Counted from the stretch's first letter, positions 14,079 to 27,799 are shown. The stretch: DNA of 64,000 nucleotides from Octopus vulgaris (GCA_951406725.2 OX597835.1:18724001-18788000), one strand, 5' to 3'. A program made the numbers and translations. The notes: a model not told the origin generated them from the sequence alone.

Positions 14079-14954
14079 CAACAATTGAGGGTAAAATTAA
14101 TTAATTATTAATCAATTTCACCAAGTGTTCAGTATGCAAAGGGACCATTTAAGGCGAATTCAAATTATTACATTATATAAAAGGGCTTAGTAAAATAAAT
14201 TACTTTGCCGCATACTGAACTCATTAGAAATAGCAGCTAAAAAACTTTTTTAAAGCTATTTCTAATACTTAAAGAAAATCTCTCTCATATATAGTGTTTG
14301 CTTAATTCAACTCACAAAAGTTTGGGGGTAAGGACATTAAAAAATCAAATGCTAAGGTTATTTGAGAACGTACGTTTCAAGATTAGTCAAAACAACACTT
14401 CTATCATCAGCTCAGAAACTCCTTGGTTTGGATTTGGAAACACTGAAAGTAAGAACATACCCTTTCGAAGATCCGCTCGTAACTAACAGTGCCAACAAAC
14501 CCAAATAAGCAAGCGAAGAATTTCTGTTCTCCCCTTTCCACCAGCGTGGGTTAAAATCATCAAACACTATGCTTATTTCGGTAAAATCCGAAACATTAAT
14601 TAGAGGGAGATTAATTATAATTTCAACAATTGAGGGTAAAATTAATTAATTATTAATCAATTTCACCAAGTGTTCAGTATGCAAAGGGACCATTTAAGGC
14701 GAATTCAAATTATTACATTATATAAAAGGGCTTAGTAAAATAAATTACTTTGCCGCATACTGAACTCATTAGAAATAGCAGCTAAAAAACTTTTTTAAAG
14801 CTATTTCTAATACTTAAAGAAAAATCTCTTAAGCAAACACTATATATGAGAGAGATTTTTTTAAGTATTAGAAATAGCTTTAAAAAAGTTTTTTTAGCTG
14901 CTATTTCTAATGAGTTCAGTATGCGGCAAAGTAATTTATTTTACTAAGCCCTTT

Positions 14955-14962
<8 letters not shown>
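14076..14962 (-). mobile_element. Penelope-like terminal-repeat (pLTR) structure: direct repeat plus inverted copy, inserted in (TA)n
   Basis: 14076-~14282 is repeated at 14621-14828; 14829-14962 is the reverse complement of ~14173-14304; a hammerhead motif lies between the direct repeats; (TA)n flanks both sides. Confidence 0.75.
14363..14414 (-). ncRNA. Type I hammerhead ribozyme motif
   Basis: Minus strand: UGAG-CUGAUGA-[imperfect stem II]-GAAA-CGUACG-UU-CUCA. Stem I is UGAG/CUCA, stem III is the palindrome ACGUACGU, cleavage triplet GUU. Confidence 0.75.
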
Positions 14963-14992
<30 letters not shown>

Positions 14993-15480
14993 GTGTGCGT
15001 ATGTGTATGCAGAGGTGGAGAAACGGAGAGAGAAATAGAGATTTATAAACAAACATAGAAACGTATATATCTATATATCTTTGACCTCACAACAATGCGT
15101 TAATCATAAAGCTGGAGTCCAAATCTGTATTTTAGAAATGTATTTTAATAATATATTTTTAAATAGATTTTTAGACTGTAAATTAATTCATAATTACAAT
15201 CCTTTATTTGCTGACATAATCTCAATTAGCAACGTAACGACTAGCTTCAAGATATTTTATCTCGTCAGCAGTGCTGTACTCAGTGACATAACGTGGATTA
15301 TATATAACAATTACCCGCTTGAATTGGCGGCCATATTGTGCAGAATGAAACAAGCGAAATTAATTATGTTTTTCATGATGGAGCGTACGGAATTAATTTC
15401 ATTTAATGGAATTCTACTTCTCTACTGCATACATACATACCTACCAACATACATACATATTATGTATGTATATGTATATG

Positions 15481-15555
<75 letters not shown>

Positions 15556-16395
15556 GTATGCATATATATATACATATATATTTATATATATATATGTATC
15601 TATGTATGTATATATGTATGTATACGCACGTACACACATGCACATGTGCATATGCATTATGAAGCGCCTAAGTAAAAAGACACTTTAACCCAAATGTGCA
15701 AGCGAAAATATTGATTATATGTCATTTCATTGCAGGCTATTTTGCAAGTGAACGCCAGCTGCCCCAACATACCTTTAAGGTATTATCGTTCCATACGGTA
15801 TTACGTCGTTAAAACAATATGCAATTCTACCTGTAAGCATTCTACATATGTGATAATGTACTAAGAATCTCGGTTATTGCCCACTTTTCTGCGTTTTAAC
15901 ACAGTATATATAATGCCAGACAATTACTGAATGCAAATACAGTATGCCTGATGAAGTTATTTCAGAGAAAATAGAAATATTACTGAGTTCGCAACTCTTG
16001 CAGGCATAGAGGCTGTCTTTTTCTCTCGAAATCAATAGTGGAATGAATATAATTACCGACAACTACTTTGCAATTATCATCTTGTCGACATACAATATTA
16101 ATTAATACCTACACCTACGATTATGGCTGCACCTGGTTTTTGCTAATGGATAAATATGAAATTGGTAATTTGGAAAAGTCATGTTACGGAAGAGGGGATA
16201 GACAATATTGATGACCGTTTTGCCAATTATGGAGCGGAATGGTTCCCAGCCACATTTTCATGGGTTCAGTCTCACAGCGTTGCAACTGGGTAAATGCCTT
16301 CCACTATAACGTAGGGACGACAAAATTGCTGTTGGTTGATTTGGTAGGCGAAACCTGAAAGAAAATCTGTCGTTTATATACTTATACATATATGT

Positions 16396-16566
16396 CGTTA
16401 CGTTCTGAGTTCAAATTCCGCCGAGGTCGACTTTGACTTTCATCCTTTTGGGGTCGATAAATAAAGCACCAGTTTCGCACTGGGGTCGATGTAATCGAAT
16501 TAATCCCGCTGTCTGTCCTTGTTTATCCCCCTCTATGTTTAGCCCTTTGTGGGCAATAAAGAAATA
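16396..16566 (+). mobile_element. Family-M SINE, 5'-truncated
   Basis: gttctgagttcaaattccgccgaggtcgactttg...gggcaataaagaaata. Confidence 0.88.
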
Positions 16567-16587
16567 TATATACATATACATATATAT

Positions 16588-16685
16588 GGAAGAGCGTAGG
16601 CTCGAAACGTTCTATTCCCGAGCGTTATACTAATACATGTGTTTGTTTTCTACACAGCCTGTCTTTTGATTTTTTCGTGAATTCT

Positions 16686-16689
<4 letters not shown>
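16588..16689 (+). mobile_element. Fragment of family-P repeat (Penelope-type end) with a 5'-truncated minimal hammerhead
   Basis: gaagagcgtaggctcgaaacgt...atactaataca...caccacctgtct-like sequence, shared with 19985, 51835 and 61545. Confidence 0.65.
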
Positions 16690-16783
<94 letters not shown>

Positions 16784-17249
16784 ATGTGGGTGTAAGTGTG
16801 TGTGTGTGTTTCCCCACTACAGCAGTTCAGATACTGAGACCGATAGAATGAGTAAAATGTTTTAAGAAGTACAAGAACTAGTTTATTCTGGCGGTAAGGC
16901 AGTGCCCCAGCATGGCCGCATTCCAATAGCAGAAACAAGTAAAAGATGATTTATAACATGCCACAACATATGTACATATCCAGATGGCAACATCCTGCAC
17001 TAGCTGTATGTATTCTGAGAGTGTTCAGAATAATAAAAAAATGAGTACCAAGCGCTACCCCTAGGGAGAACTCTTTGTTGTCATTTCTCTGGATTACTGC
17101 TCCGAATTGTGGTTGCCGCAGAGAATCGAACTAGAGTCGGGACTTGAGGGAATACAGCACCATTACACAAAGAAGTGGAACTGAATCTGGAACCATGTTT
17201 GGAAGCAAACTTTTTACCACTCAGCCACGCCTATATATGTGTATATGTT

Positions 17250-17472
17250 TATTTCTTTACTACCCACAAGGAGCTACACACAGAGGGAACAAAAAAGGAC
17301 AGACAAACGGATTAAGTCGACCCCAGTGCGTAACTGGTACTTAATTTATCGAACCCGAAATGATGCAAGGCAAATTCAACCTCGGCGGAATTTGAACTCA
17401 GAACGTAACGGCAGACGAAATACAGCTACGCATTTCGCCGAGCGTGCTAACGTTTCTGCTCGCTCACCGCCT
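17250..17472 (-). mobile_element. Family-M SINE, near full length
   Basis: Reverse-complement match to the family-M consensus; TSD-like atgtgtatat on both flanks. Confidence 0.9.
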
Positions 17473-17491
17473 TTCATAAATGTGTATATAT

Positions 17492-17538
<47 letters not shown>

Positions 17539-17844
17539 TATCAATATAATACAAATTAATTCTCACACGCAGACACACGGAACAGATACACACACACACG
17601 CATGCATGAAAACAAAAATACATGCAGAATCTGAGAGTAAAAAAGAGAGAGAGAGAATAATAAAATGGATGGAGAATAATAGAAAAGCCGAGGTAAGCAA
17701 CAGTTGACCTTTCATATTTGCGTTTTAAAAGGTTGATATTTAACAGCTGCATGTACCTGGAAACTGACAAGCAGGTGTACGTCTGTGTGTGTGTGTGTGA
17801 TTTTGTGTATGTCTTTTATTGTTTCATGTATCAACACACATGTA

Positions 17845-18010
17845 GGCGCAGGAGTGGCTGTGTGGCAAGTAGCTTGTTTACCAACCACATGGTTTCGGGT
17901 TCAGTCCCACTGCGTGGCACCTTGGGCAAGTGTCGTCTACTATAGCCTCGGGCCGACCAAAGCCTTTGTGAGTGTATTTGGTAGACGGAAACTGAAAGAA
18001 GCCCGTCGTA

Positions 18011-18065
<55 letters not shown>

Positions 18066-18270
18066 ATGTTTGTGTGTCTGTGTTTGTCCCCCTAGCGTTG
18101 CTTGACAAGCGATGCTGGTGTGTTTACGTCCCCGTCACTTAGCGGTTCGGCAAAAGAGACCGATAGAATAAGTACTGGGCTTACAAAGAATAAGTCCCGG
18201 GGTCGAGTTGCTCGATTAAAGGCGGTGCTCCAGGATGGTCGCAGCAGTCAAAATGACTGAAACAAGTAAA
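17845..18270 (+). mobile_element. Family-C SINE, full length
   Basis: ggcgcaggagtggctgtgtgg head, B box ggttcagtcc, internal (TA)n(TG)n, tail gactgaaacaagtaaaa. Confidence 0.93.
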
Positions 18271-18313
18271 ATGAGAAAAACAGAGAAATATGTACACGTG
18301 CGTATGTGTGTGT

Positions 18314-18344
<31 letters not shown>

Positions 18345-19448
18345 AGTGTGTGTGTGTTTGTGTGTGTGTGTGTGTAGGTGTGTGTGTCGAACAAGAACGA
18401 ATTCAATTTAATTTGCTGTGCACCTACTACTCCCTATATATTTAACGATTTACACTGAAACAACAATACATTTACGACAGAAACTTACTTAACAAATAAT
18501 TTAGGAGCCACATGTACTGATCTTCAAGTTTTATATTTGAAATCTGAATAGAAAACGATAAAAAAGATTTGAAAAATAATCGATGAAGACATCGAAATGG
18601 GTCAGAAAAATAAACCGAACTACTAACCTATAATTTCTTAATTGCTGGTTAAGTTACTTGCTTGCTAGGTTTTCTTTGCATGCGTTCCAAATTATTTTTC
18701 TAGTTTTTATTCAATTTGCTTCTTCGATGTAGGATAGGATTTAGAAAACAATTATTGCCGATTTTTATTGCTGTATTTTTTCATTGCTATTATTTTATGC
18801 CTTTTTCGTTTTTAATTTAGTCCGAGGATGGTTGGGTCTTTTTTTTATTTTTTTGCTATATAAATGTGTGTTTTACCATGTTTAAAAAAAATGACATTTA
18901 CGTGCATCTCTGTACGATGTCACACAGTCTCATATAGGTAAAGCCGTCCGTTTACCACTGCACACATGGATGTTAATATCCACATAGATATATGAAAAAT
19001 ATGCAGACATGCACATATGTGTATGTGTTCCTGAAGAACCACGGCAAATTAACAAAGAAGTGATCAACACTGATTGGAAATAGGAGTAACTAAAGAAATA
19101 AGAAAATATACCACACACGAAACACACAGGTTAACACATACAAACATATATACGTAATTACATATATACCTACGTCTCTAAAAAGTCACTTGTGTGTGTG
19201 TGTGTACGTTTGTGAATATATGTGTGAGTGTATGTGTGTCTGTGTGCCTGTGTATGTGTAAGAATCCAAATAAAAATGTAATTAAATGTAAAAATAACAC
19301 AAATTATATGCTTATACTCACCTTTCACGTTAGTGTTTGACTTTTCTGGTATTTCTTCGTGTTCGTTTTTTTTTCTCTTCGATTATATTCACGAAGTTCT
19401 TATTCTAGAACCAAACCTCAAATTATTTTGCGGTTCATAGAAAGCTGA

Positions 19449-19490
<42 letters not shown>

Positions 19491-19501
19491 TACATATATA
19501 T

Positions 19502-19557
<56 letters not shown>

Positions 19558-19863
19558 ATGTATATGTATATGTATATATGTATATATTTGTGTATATATA
19601 TATATAGTATTTTTTCATATTATTTCGCAAACGTGCAATTAGTTTAAAAGCAAATGATAAGGTCAACCGGTTAATTAAATAATGTTGCACGGGATAAAAC
19701 AAATATATCCAGAGTATTACATGAAAAGGAAAAAAACAACCAATAAACTGTAGTGATAGCGGTGACGAGCAGTAAGAAAGAGCATTGCACGTAACCTATT
19801 TACTTAGTTCGAACTCTAGAATAAGTATCTATACGTCATTTGGTTTGCATATACGTTTATGTG

Positions 19864-19966
<103 letters not shown>

Positions 19967-19984
19967 ATCCATACACACACAGAC

Positions 19985-20158
19985 CATGATAGATCGTTAG
20001 CCACTACTCACATTTGTTTCTCTCCTTGTTTTTTCTGTGCCCCTTTTTGTAGGCTCGAAACGTAAAAGACCTTTTCTATTCCTGAGTGTTATACTAATAC
20101 ATCTGTTTATTTTGTACACCACCTGTCTTCTTCTTTTGTTTTTTTCGTAAACTCTCCT
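19985..20158 (+). mobile_element. Family-P repeat with the hammerhead CUGANGA core deleted
   Basis: ccctttttgtaggctcgaaacgtaaaagac lacks the ctgttgaagagc segment present in the 61.6 kb copy. Confidence 0.65.
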
Positions 20159-20162
20159 ATAT

Positions 20163-20244
<82 letters not shown>

Positions 20245-20835
20245 AAACGTCAACAAACGCAAATGTGTGTGTGTGTTTATGCATGTATATAACTATATAT
20301 GTGTATATATGTATATAATTTATATTTATATGTACTTATTCCTTCTTTCAATCCAAATGTTGGGACATACTTTTGAAACTAGTCGAGGTGAGTTTAATCT
20401 GGAAAACTTCAAGTGATTTAAGTCACAAACAATTTTTGTTATATTACATGATAAACAAAGCAAGCGTAAATTGCTTCAAACAAACCCCAACTATGAAAGC
20501 TATTTGTTTTTGACATTCCCCTCTTGCTTATATTTACCGCTTTTCCATCACACCACTGTTTGACGACAAGATTAGTTTGGGGCATCAAACATTCTCTAGA
20601 TCTACATCACAAGCGAATCAGTATATGTTGTGATAAATACGAAGATGCTAGAAGTATAACCATTTTTTTTTGCAGATAGATTTTAACAGCGAAATCTTGT
20701 ATAGACCTCCACGGGCCTTATAGATACTAGGTGAAACTCACTGTCTAAGATTGTTAGGCAAATTGTACCTCGAGTAATAAATACGCCCCTATTGTCCTTT
20801 TCGAACTCGTTGTCGAATTCTAGTTCGTTATAACA

Positions 20836-21180
20836 CGGCGAGCTGGCAGAAACGTTCTGAGTTCAAATTCCGCCGAGGTGGATTTTGCCTTTAATCTTTT
20901 CGGGGTCGATTAAAATAAGTACCAGTTACGCACTGGGGTCGATATACTCGACTTAATCCGTTTGTCTGTCCTTCTGTGTGCTCTCTGTGTTTAGCCCCTT
21001 GTGGGTAGTAAAGAAATAAATATTTCGTACGTCTTCACATTCCGAGTTCAAATTCCGCCTAGAGAAGTTGCCGTTCATTCTTTCGGGGTCAATAATTTAA
21101 GTACCAGTTGCGCACTAAAATCGATCTTATACAATGGCCCCCTTCCCCAAAAATTTTGGGTCATATGCCTAGAGTAGAAA
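20836..21180 (+). mobile_element. Two tandem family-M SINEs (first internally deleted, second 5'-truncated with the alternative tail)
   Basis: ggcgagctggcagaaacg joined directly to ttctgagttcaaattcc; the second unit ends ccccttccccaaaaattttggg...tagagtagaaaagaa. Confidence 0.85.
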
Positions 21181-21319
21181 AGAAAAGAATTCAAGTCAGT
21201 TTTACTAGAATCGTTATCGATAATAATGACCTAGAAAAACATCTGCAATTTTAAAATATATAATCCCTTATACTGCGGCTTCGATTATATGTTACTTAAA
21301 AGATCTTCAACGGATGTCC

Positions 21320-21522
21320 ATTGGTAGAATTGACAGAATCGCTACGTGCCAGGCAACAATGATTAGCGGAATTTCCTCAATCCCTACGTACTGAGTTCAA
21401 ATTTCGCCGCGGTTGACTTTGGCTTTCATCTCGGAGTCGATAAAATAAACACCACTACAGACCTCTGTAAACAATTTGCACACTCCCCCAAAATTACTGA
21501 CCTTGTACCAAAATATGAAACC
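21320..21522 (+). mobile_element. Degenerate family-M SINE
   Basis: ctgagttcaaatttcgccgcggttgactttggctttcatc core. Confidence 0.7.
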
Positions 21523-22261
21523 AAGAATATCTGTTCCTATTTGTTACGATTCCGCTGCACTGATTTCAAATTTTGCCCAAACGAAATTCAATTTTCATGA
21601 TAGAGACCAATTATTAATTCATATCAGTGGATTATTGGAAATTTAGATATATTGGGTTGAGTTCAATGAAATACTTATTCCGTTGGTTTACCACCTGTAT
21701 TTACAAAGCGCGATGGTATATAACCATGGTAGGCTGATTCCTTTATAATATGGATCACGGGCCGCTAGTACGCTGGATGTATTTATTTCAGGACACTCTG
21801 TTGCAAGCATTAGGGACATGCATGTAAATTAGCTTTATATATTTAGCTCATGAAAGTTCTGTGATCTGTCAAGATTGTTGTTCTTATATGATGTACACTT
21901 TGGAAAAAGAGGGAAAATTGATATGTGTTGTCTTTCATTGAAAAATGCACTTCAATGATGGAAAATTGAAATATTAAAACCACATGACGTAATTTATTCA
22001 TTTTCTGCATAAAATGCAGAATCAACAAAATTTTTCTAAGCTTATGCATACCACATACAATTTCACATGAGCATAAAGGTCAAAGAAACGAGCTGGTGAA
22101 ACAGCAGGTAGCAAAACATGTACACACACGTGCATATATGCTAAAATATTTATGTCAATATAAAAAGACGCATACACAAACACAAACCGCACACACACAC
22201 ACACACACGTACACACACACATATATTTATAGCCATACACGCACACACACACACACACACG

Positions 22262-22323
<62 letters not shown>

Positions 22324-22654
22324 CGAACATACATATACGTTTGTATCTGTATATTTAATGTGTGTATGTGTGTGTGTGTAAGTATACTGCCACAAAGTAA
22401 ATGTGCATAGACCATGTAGCAATTAAATATTGAAAAAAGCAAACAGGAAACGAAATTTAAATTGCAATTATAATCATTATTTCACAGATCATTAATGATA
22501 AGCAATTTTTGTGTGCTTATATATTCTGCCTGCAGACCAATTGGTTTCACGGTTTAAATAAATATAGCATTGCGATTTAGCAGTGAGAACAGCGGTGAAA
22601 GCAACAAAAAAATAATGACGGTAATAATAATTATAATAATGATAATTTCTGCTA

Positions 22655-22835
22655 AAGGAAGGGGTCAAGTCGATTACATCAACAGCAGTGGAAAACTGTT
22701 ACTTATTTCATCGATTCCCAAAGGAAGAATGGCAAAGTCAACCTCGGCGGAATTCGAGCTCAGAACATGATGACGGATGAAATGCTGGTCACTATTTTGC
22801 CCGATGTGCTAACGAATCTGCCAATTTATCACCTT
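22655..22835 (-). mobile_element. Degenerate family-M SINE
   Basis: ggcaaagtcaacctcggcggaattcgagctcagaac. Confidence 0.75.
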
Positions 22836-23068
22836 GCTGATGAAATTAAGGAAAAGTTTGTTATATCAGCAAGGGCAGGAAAGCTCTGAGAAATGAAGAA
22901 CAAGGCAAATATATATAAGGCGAGTGAGAATTTACATACACATGTATAAGGAATAAGTGCGTTTAACAATAAATTCTATTGCTACAGAATTCCCTCATTT
23001 GCAGGAGCATCACTGAGGGGCATCATGAATTTAAAACACAGAAACGGTGGCAATATCTTATCTCACTA

Positions 23069-23725
23069 AGGCGGTGAGGTGGCAGAAACGTTAGCACGCC
23101 GTTAGCACGGCGGTATTTCGTTTATCTTTAAGTTCTGAGTTCAAATTCTGCCGAGTTCGACTTTGCCTTTAATCGTTTCGGGGTCGATGAATTGAGTACC
23201 AGTTGCGTACTGGAGTCGATCTAATCGACTGCCCCCCCCAAAAAAATTTCCGGTCTTGTGCTTAAAGTAGAAAAGAATATCTTACGTTGCTAATGCGGTG
23301 AGCTGGCAGAAACTTTAGCACACCGGGCGAAATGCTTAGCAGTTTTTCGTTTGCCGCTACGTTCTGAGCTCAAATTCCGCCGAGGTCAACTTTGCCCTTC
23401 AATCTTTTGGGGTCGATTAAGTAAGTACATGTTACGCACTGGGGTCGATATAATCGACTTAATCCATTTGTCTGTCCTTGTTTGTCCCCTCTGCGTTTAG
23501 TCCCTTGTGGGTAGTAAAGAAATAATAAACGTTAGCACGCCGGGCGAAATGCATGGCGTATATATTCTGTCTTTACGTTCTGAGTTCAAATTCCGCTGAG
23601 GTCGACTTTGCCTTTCATCGTTTCGTGGTCGATAAATTGAGCACCAGTTGCGTACTGGTGACGATCTAATCGATTGCCCCCGTCCCCCACCAATTTCGGT
23701 CCTTGTGCCTCGAGTAGAAATGAAT
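23069..23725 (+). mobile_element. Three tandem family-M SINEs
   Basis: Units start near 23069, 23294 and 23527 with tails of type 2, 1 and 2. The flank aatatcttatct recurs at 23052, 23277 (variant) and 23723. Confidence 0.9.
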
Positions 23726-24074
23726 ATCTTATCTTGCTACCTCACTACATGTACACTATATCGACAGAAATGACCAAATTAGATAAGAAAAAAATTAGCA
23801 ATCTATTTCTCTCTCTCTATATATATACATATATAGAGAGAGATTTATTTATTTATACAGACATATGTGTATGGCAGTGTGTGTGTGCGTGTTTGCCTGC
23901 ATGTGTGTCTGTGTGTTGGCTCGCGCACGTCTATATAGAAACATTCTAAATATCTATTTCTCTTCCGACAAAAATCTGCAGGTACATGTTTGCACGATTG
24001 TGTTTGTGTGTGCGCACCTGAGAATGTGTGTGTGTCTTCAAGTTGTGTAATGATCATGCATAAATAGAAATGTA

Positions 24075-24111
<37 letters not shown>

Positions 24112-24574
24112 GTACATATCGTGGTGTTTCTACGTTTGTATATAAACGTGATATCTATTAATTACAAATTATAAGCCTTGAGAAATAATTTTACAACAGT
24201 TTACCTGTATAAAGTGAAGCGATAAATTCTTATGAGCAGAAATTAATTAAGCTGATGAAATCATTCCAAAGAAAATGACCCATAAATGTAATTAATAAAT
24301 TCTGCTGCTTCGCTTTTGATTGCTTTCTAATTAATAATATTTCAAATTGGTTTAGAATAGCTATCATTGAATTATGAGAAATTCTGATGTAAAGCAATGA
24401 TTAACAAATCATAGACTTGGAGCAGTTGGATATGGAAGATCTACATATGGTTTGCTTCGTAACCTGGACAAACCAAGGTCGATATGTTGCGACTCTGGAG
24501 ATCGGCTACTTTAGGCCTCACATCCCTTCCCGCTAGCAGAATCTATGAATGTGTGTCTGCGTGTGTGTATGTGC

Positions 24575-24632
<58 letters not shown>

Positions 24633-24648
24633 CATATATATATATATA

Positions 24649-25112
24649 TTCTTTATCCCCGTCTGTCTTGATAGACAATGGGTTGCGCCAAGGGTGGGGC
24701 CTACTTTGATGATGTGCAGCGTCTGCTGTGACTGAACAGTCCAATTCTAGAGTGGCAGTCCTTGGTACAGTTGCTGCACACGAACATCGATGGGTACGTG
24801 TGGGGTGTTGCTGCAGTTGTCCTCCTCCTGTCCCGCCTGTCCAACCACAGCTGTGCTCTCCTCTCCTCAGCCATGGAAACGCCTTTCCTCACCGTCCGAC
24901 GCCAGGCAGAGCGGTCAGCAGCTGTTTCCTCCCACGTGTCCACACAGATGTTGGCAGTCCTCAGGTCGCGCTTGCACACGTCTCTGTATCGTAGCTGTGG
25001 ACGTCCCTTGGGTCGGGATCCCGTGGTGAGTTCACTGTACAGGATGTCTTTAGGCATGCGACCGTCCTGCATGCGGCAGACGTGTCCGAGCCAGCGCAGT
25101 CGTCTCCTTAGA
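24649..25112 (-). mobile_element. 5'-truncated RTE-clade LINE (ORF C-terminus with C2H2-type finger plus 3' UTR)
   Basis: RRLRWLGHVCRMQDGRMPKDILYSEL..GSRPKGRPQLRYRDVCKRDL...CSNCTKDCHSRIGLFSHSRRC* is the typical RTE/BovB-like C-terminus. The frame is open to the stop at 24701-24703 and (TA)n flanks both ends. Confidence 0.93.
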
Positions 25113-25149
25113 ATATATATATACATATATATATATATGTATATGTATA

Positions 25150-25197
<48 letters not shown>

Positions 25198-25198
<1 letters not shown>

Positions 25199-25431
25199 CA
25201 CATGATAACGTGACCGACCAGGACATCAGATGTTACTACACATCGCTGATCACAATGTGCTTCGTATTGTTTTAGCATTTAATGACGCCACCCCGCTGGC
25301 TAAGCGAGCAGGCCAACAGAAGAAAGAGTGAGAGAAAGGTGTGGCGAAAGAGTATATCAGGGATCACCACAACCACTTGCCGGAGCCTCGTGGAAGTGTA
25401 GGTATTTTCGCTCAATAAACACTCAAAACGC
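25198..25431 (-). mobile_element. 5'-truncated SINE (body B, tail Z)
   Basis: Reverse complement gagtgtttattgagcgaaaa...ccacgaggctccggca...tttctctcactct matches ~3468-3568, then continues with a different tail. Confidence 0.85.
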
Positions 25432-25734
25432 AAATGCAATCAACATAATATTCAGATAGTTTCGTTTGTGTTCTCTTTTATATTTTAATGCTAAATGAGT
25501 TATTAGCCTATATGGCACCATGTGATTCGTAGTACTCAAGTCTCAGAAACCTGATAGGAATTAAAATTGGTACTTCTTCTGTGATTCATCAATAAAACCA
25601 CCAACCTTTGCTTGATTGTTTGATAGTTGTTTGTTCTTGTGCAAAGTACACAATACATAACTGAATACTGTTTGCTCTTGATTTTCCCAAAACTGTCTAA
25701 TTTGGAAAATTTTAAAAATAAAATGTCGTAACGT

Positions 25735-25995
25735 TGGAAGTTATGGTGCATGAGAAATATATTGGTGATACCGGTGGTAATTGGATCATTAGGAGCAGTT
25801 CCCAAGGGCTTTGCAAAACAGTTTTAGAACATTGGAGCTCTTCTCAGGCTCGAGGTAATCCAGAAGGCAGCATTGTTGGGTACAGCTCACATTCTAAGGA
25901 GAGTATTGTCTGTTTGAGTCACAGGAGAAGGCACTACTTGAAACCTTTGGCGATTTGTTGTTGTCTGCTTTCAAGTAAAATATAACCGGTAATTT
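25735..25995 (+). mobile_element. R4/Dong-clade LINE 3' fragment (end of the RLE domain)
   Basis: LWCMRNILVIPVVIGSLGAVPKG...EVIQKAALLGTAHILRRVLSV* with one internal stop, followed by (ACT)n(AAT)n. Confidence 0.85.
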
Positions 25996-26002
25996 AGAAC
26001 TA

Positions 26003-26505
<503 letters not shown>

Positions 26506-26680
26506 TGTATGTATAAATATATGAACAATCTTCAGGTTCACAATATATTTGCTTACGAAATTACGAAAATAGTGTAGAACATAATGTTATTGGAATAAAA
26601 TGTAAATATACCATTCAAAACATACCGTACATATATACACACATACACACAATCACACAGTTACACAGCATACACTCACA

Positions 26681-26745
<65 letters not shown>

Positions 26746-27734
26746 TATATAAAGCTGGCATTATTGTGAAACAGGTGTAAACGAATAGAATAAGTATCTA
26801 TTTTCTCAGCTTACTTCTGTTATCTGCTCTATTCTCATATTAACTCTTAACCGTTGTAACCAGAAGAGAGAAGTAGAGATTTCTGTGAACATATACAAAG
26901 TTAATATGAGAAAATATAGAAGATAATGTCCGTAGACGAATGAAGTAAATATAGGAGGGTTGCAGTTGGTTCAACATCTAAAAGTAAATGCCGAAGCACA
27001 TTTAAATATCAAGCGTATGTTTAATACTTTACAACAGGAAGAATACGGCATGAGCTACCATAAGTTTAAATTATCCTAAGAAACAAGCATATAAACTCTT
27101 CAAAGAGCTCAGAAATGTGTCATTTTGACAAGATTTGGGAATGTCATAAAATCTGTTAACAGATACGTGAAGAAGAAATATAAGAACAATGCCTTAACGT
27201 GTCATTGGGAGAAATCATGTGAATGGAATGGCATGAAATGAAAGGGATATCGCAATATATGCAAGAATATGTAATGAAATTGGACAATAACACTTGAATA
27301 AAATTCCAAAGCAAACAGACACCTTTTGAGAAATAAAATATATTTTAGGCGATTGAAGAAGTGATCGTCAGAAATCTCTGTAACTCTATGATACGTTGAA
27401 GGAATGTATGCAGATATTGTGTGCTATAGTGGGCATATTAAATATTGATGATGTATGGTGTTTATTGTTCGTTGGTGTTTGTTCAGCCCTGATTGAACAG
27501 ATCTTTGTTAACAGCTCTTCCATTCATGGACATCATTCTTTATGCCAGGCACAAGATAAGTTGACAAATCAAATATTACAATTGCTAGTGATTTGTAAGG
27601 GCCATATCAAACATTGTAATAGCAAGTGTTGTAACGTGAGCGACGGATCAATGTTGTTACTGAGAGTAAAGTAAACTGGACATAACAAAAGCAGAAAACC
27701 ATTCATTAAATGTGCTAATAAATATCATCTATCG

Positions 27735-27799
27735 CTAAAGAGAGTGTCTTAAACTTGTACGACCAAATACGTTGATGTTTGGTCCCCAGATGAAATGGG
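27735..27799 (-). CDS. Candidate terminal exon of a small unknown spliced gene (SHFIWGPNINVFGRTSLRHSL*)
   Basis: Acceptor tttttgtttcag; phase-compatible with the candidate exon at 28783-28883. No homology recognised. Confidence 0.3.

Noticed and set aside
15238-15272. Minus-strand CUGACGA-GAUA/UAUC-..GAAG hammerhead-like string
   Set aside because: GAAA is broken and stem I does not pair; probably chance.
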